Positions 55,897 through 59,049 of a stretch of 59,049 bases of DNA are shown in pieces. The position numbers and the translations under genes were made by a program. The notes beneath the pieces are model-generated. The model was not told the origin of the DNA, made no database searches, and saw only the letters and a program-made list of their open reading frames with translations. Numbering within the stretch: position 1 is the first letter of the stretch; each line of letters starts with the position of its first letter. The DNA lies in contig JBLHHI010000002.1 in the NCBI GenBank assembly GCA_047614125.1, positions 1-59,049 of the forward strand, read 5' to 3'. This DNA comes from Bacteroidia bacterium. Lineage in GTDB: Bacteria; Bacteroidota; Bacteroidia; NS11-12g; UBA9320.

Positions 55897-57128
55897 GAAT
55901 TACCATCTTAACACAATACTTCCCGCCCGAGACAGGTGCTCCGCAAAACCGACTCTTTTCGTTGGCTGGACATCTGCAAGCTGAAGGCAACGAAGTTCAT
56001 GTGCTCACTGCAATGCCCAACTATCCTCAAATGATCATTGCAGAAGGATATAAGGGCGCATTTTATCGAACGGAAATATTAGACAACATCCAAGTTACTC
56101 GTTCGTGGATTTATGTAACAACGAGCAAGAGCATTTTACCGCGCTTATTAAATTACTTCTCTTTTGTAATTTCGTCATTCTTTGCTGGGTTATTTGCTCG
56201 GCGAAAAGCCGATCTCATCATCTGTGAATCTCCACCGCTCTTTCTTGGAATAACAGCAGTGGCATTAAAATGGATAAAACGATCTAAGTTGGTGATGAAC
56301 ATTTCAGACCTTTGGCCCGAAAGTGCGGAAAAACTAGGTTTGGTAAAGAATAAAATGATGTTGGACCTCTCCTATTCGCTTGAGGCGTGGCTGTATCGAA
56401 AATCTGCTCTCGTTTCTTGTCAAACAAAAGGAATTGCATCCAATATAACCCATCGATTCCCAACCATTAAAACGCATTGGCTTCCAAACGGCATTGACTT
56501 CAACCAATTTAATTTGAACGCTTCCGGAGTCCCCTTTCGAGAAAAACTTAAACTTAAAAAAAGTGATTTCGTGCTCTTATATGCAGGAATTATTGGGCAC
56601 GCGCAAGGATTAGAAGTAATTCTACATGCGGCTTCGAAGTTAAAAATACACCACAACATTCATTTCGTACTCGTTGGAGATGGACCCGTAAAACCCGCAC
56701 TTGAACAGCTAAATAGCCATTTGAGGCTTAGCAACGTGCACTTTGTGGGCAATGTTCCAAGAGATCAGATGAGTGAAGTAGTTGCAGCATGCGATGCATA
56801 CATTGTGCCGTTGAAAAAGAGTGACCTTTTTTTAGGGGCTGTGCCATCCAAACTTTTTGAACCATTGGCTTTGCAAAAACCCATTTTGCTAGGGGTTGAT
56901 GGCGAGGCACGCGAACTTTTCATAGAAGCAGCCAAAGCAGGCCTATTCTTTGAGCCAGAAAATTTTGAAGAACTTTCAAAGCAAATTACCGTCCTCTTCA
57001 ACAATGAAGATCTCCGAAAAGAAATGGGAAAGAGCGGACTAGATTTCATATCCAAAAAGTTCAATCGAGAAACGATTGCCCTAGATTTCAACAGTAAACT
57101 CATAGAATTGTGCTCCATTGAAAAATAA
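55893..57128 (+). CDS. WbuB/WcaI-like GT4 glycosyltransferase
   Basis: The ORF 55806..57128 is trimmed to the ATG at 55893 (ATGA overlap with the wecB stop). The N-terminus MRITILTQYFPPETGAPQNRLFSLAGHLQAEGNEVHVLTAMPNYP is characteristic of WbuB-type transferases. Confidence 0.8.
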   Translation: MRITILTQYFPPETGAPQNRLFSLAGHLQAEGNEVHVLTAMPNYPQMIIAEGYKGAFYRTEILDNIQVTRSWIYVTTSKSILPRLLNYFSFVISSFFAGLFARRKADLIICESPPLFLGITAVALKWIKRSKLVMNISDLWPESAEKLGLVKNKMMLDLSYSLEAWLYRKSALVSCQTKGIASNITHRFPTIKTHWLPNGIDFNQFNLNASGVPFREKLKLKKSDFVLLYAGIIGHAQGLEVILHAASKLKIHHNIHFVLVGDGPVKPALEQLNSHLRLSNVHFVGNVPRDQMSEVVAACDAYIVPLKKSDLFLGAVPSKLFEPLALQKPILLGVDGEARELFIEAAKAGLFFEPENFEELSKQITVLFNNEDLRKEMGKSGLDFISKKFNRETIALDFNSKLIELCSIEK

Positions 57129-57834
57129 TCGACAACTTTTAAGTCATATTATCGAATGGGACGTGGCCAATTGGTCAGAATCCATAAAGTTTTGGGAGCA
57201 ACACGTACCAAATCCATCCAATCCAAGCCAAGCTAAAGTTTTAGCCCTTGGTGAGCGAAACGGCGGCTTAAGTTTATGGCTTGGTTTAAAAGGGTATAAC
57301 GTTGTATGCTCTGATTACGAGGGAGTTACTCAAGAGTGTAAAGAAATGCATGCCAAATATGGCGTTGAAAATTTAATGACGTATCAAAACATTGACATTT
57401 ACGACATACCCTTTGAGGACAATACCTTCGATTTAGTGATTTGTAAATCTGTGATTGGTGGATTGAAGCTTAGCCACCACGATAAAACAACGCGAACCTT
57501 AAACAACCAACAATTGGCTGTTAACGAGATAAAGCGAGTTTTGAAACCCGAAGCAGCTTTTTTTGGTGCCGAAAATATGCGCGGTTCACGCCTCCTGCAT
57601 CAAATGAGAACCCGATACAAAAAAGGAAACATCGGATGGCGCCACTTTAAAGTTGACGAGTTGAAAGGCCTTTTTAACGACTATTCAACCAAAAGCTTTG
57701 CTTTCTTTGGTTTAGCGCCTGGTTTAACTAATAACACCTTGATTAATAAGTGCATCTACTTATTTAATAAGGTCTTAGACAAGATCACACCAAAATCGTT
57801 GAAATACATAGCGTTTATAATTGCCAAAAAATGA
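57118..57834 (+). CDS. class I SAM-dependent methyltransferase
   Basis: VLALGERNGGLS (motif I-like), FDLVICKSVIGG and IKRVLKPEAAFFGAEN. The TTG start overlaps the previous gene by 11 nt and is uncertain. Confidence 0.6.
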   Translation: MKNNRQLLSHIIEWDVANWSESIKFWEQHVPNPSNPSQAKVLALGERNGGLSLWLGLKGYNVVCSDYEGVTQECKEMHAKYGVENLMTYQNIDIYDIPFEDNTFDLVICKSVIGGLKLSHHDKTTRTLNNQQLAVNEIKRVLKPEAAFFGAENMRGSRLLHQMRTRYKKGNIGWRHFKVDELKGLFNDYSTKSFAFFGLAPGLTNNTLINKCIYLFNKVLDKITPKSLKYIAFIIAKK

Positions 57835-59042
57835 AAATGAACATTCCATTCTCTCCCCCTTACATCGACGCATCTGTTGAAGCCGAAGTACTCGATTCAC
57901 TGCGATCTGGTTGGATAACCAGTGGCCCTAAGGTTCAGGCCCTAGAAAGAGCTGTTGAAGCCTATATGGGCATTGATGCTTGTGCCTGCGTTAACAGCTG
58001 GACATCGGGCGCCATAATGATGTTGCGATGGTTTGGTATTGGAGCCGGTGACGAAGTAATTGTACCCGCTTACACGTACGCTGCTACTGCGTTGGCGGTA
58101 TTACATGCTGGGGCAACGCCAGTTATGGTGGATGTTACCGAAGATTTCATCATGGATCCTTCTAAGGTAGAAGCGGCAATAACAGGTAAAACAAAGGCCA
58201 TCTTACCGGTGGATATTGGAGGTTGGCCAGCTGATTATGAGGCGATTCGTGCACTTTGTGAGTCAAACAGCGCAAAATTTGTAGCCCGCACCGAAATTCA
58301 AAAAAAGCTTGGAAGAATATTAATTATTTCGGATGCGGCACATTCATTTGGGGCCATTACCAACGGGCAAAAGTTTAACCCATTTGCCGACGTCGTAATC
58401 TATTCTTTCCATGCCGTTAAGAACTTAACCACCGCTGAAGGTGGAGCAATTTGTTTGAATTTGCCAGCTCCCTTTAATAATATCGAATTGAAACCACTGA
58501 TTAAACGTTACGCACTAAACGGCCAAACCAAAGATGCATTGGCTAAATCACAAGCTGGAAGTTGGCGGTACGATATTGTTGAACTTGGCTTTAAATACAA
58601 TATGCCAGACGTTTGTGCAGCCATTGGACTGGCTCAAATTGGCAATTACGATGAACTCCTGCAGAAGCGAGCAGCTGTTTTTAAACATTATCAAACTTGC
58701 TTTAAATTACACGAATGGGCAATTCCCCCAGCCTATAAAAATGAGACTAAAGAGAGTTCGTATCATTTGTACATGTTGCGAATAAAAGACATTACTGAAG
58801 ATCAGCGAGATGCTATCATTTCCACCATCTCGGCAAACGGTGTTTCAGTAAATGTTCACTTTATCCCAATGCCTATGCTAACCCTATTTAAATCAATGGG
58901 TTACCGTATTAATGATTATCCGTCAACCTATCAAAACTACGCTTGCGAAATTTCACTTCCCATCTATCCTCAACTCACGGAAGTAGAACTTGAATATATT
59001 TGCAAAACCGTAATTGAAGCAGTCAAAAAAATTACTAAATAA
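57831..59042 (+). CDS. DegT/DnrJ/EryC1/StrS-family PLP-dependent sugar aminotransferase
   Basis: ATGA overlap with the previous gene. PLP-lysine context YSFHAVKNLTTAEGG and N-terminal ITSGPKVQALERAV. The window ends 7 nt after its stop. Confidence 0.85.
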   Translation: MKMNIPFSPPYIDASVEAEVLDSLRSGWITSGPKVQALERAVEAYMGIDACACVNSWTSGAIMMLRWFGIGAGDEVIVPAYTYAATALAVLHAGATPVMVDVTEDFIMDPSKVEAAITGKTKAILPVDIGGWPADYEAIRALCESNSAKFVARTEIQKKLGRILIISDAAHSFGAITNGQKFNPFADVVIYSFHAVKNLTTAEGGAICLNLPAPFNNIELKPLIKRYALNGQTKDALAKSQAGSWRYDIVELGFKYNMPDVCAAIGLAQIGNYDELLQKRAAVFKHYQTCFKLHEWAIPPAYKNETKESSYHLYMLRIKDITEDQRDAIISTISANGVSVNVHFIPMPMLTLFKSMGYRINDYPSTYQNYACEISLPIYPQLTEVELEYICKTVIEAVKKITK

Positions 59043-59049
59043 TTGACTT

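Overview
The window looks like a Bacteroidota chromosome segment, judging by T9SS C-terminal sorting domains, TAnnTTTG-type -7 promoter boxes and a CHU_C-type domain. It has three parts.

(1) 1-11 kb is a cluster of T9SS cargo genes. It holds a translationally coupled pair of cupredoxin / multicopper-oxidase-like proteins, a 1461-aa Ig-repeat surface protein, a type-B-CTD protein whose sorting domain carries a frameshift plus an in-frame TAA, and a beta-helix protein. The ORF-less stretch at 8.5-9.2 kb contains a gene remnant and a truncated copy of a MITE-like repeat.

(2) 11-16.8 kb is ordinary housekeeping: tRNA-Arg(UCG), a GlcD-like FAD oxidase, dipeptidyl-peptidase IV and a POT peptide transporter.

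(3) 16.9-59.0 kb is a single-strand Wzx/Wzy-dependent polysaccharide locus of more than 42 kb that is cut off by the window end. It has 37 ORFs: Wza, Wzc, a wHTH regulator, nucleotide-sugar enzymes, 8 glycosyltransferases, Wzx and a Wzy-like protein.

The locus is unusually dense in tailoring genes:
- two AsnB-type amidotransferases, one of them lacking the Cys nucleophile
- an Fmt-like formyltransferase coupled to a WbuX/HisH/HisF-type amidine module
- an orphan 348-aa ORF
- a CE4 deacetylase / tandem-GNAT / KASIII / ACP cassette
- a NodU-type carbamoyltransferase
- a PaaK/CapK-like adenylating enzyme
- four methyltransferases

A complete ~321-bp MITE-like element with ~32-bp terminal inverted repeats sits in the only large intergenic gap of the locus.

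I found no CRISPR array, prophage, transposase, toxin or recognisable defence genes. The best candidates for new biology are the tailoring sub-modules of the polysaccharide locus, the MITE-like repeat family and the split multicopper-oxidase pair. All functional calls come from motif reading by eye, not from database searches.
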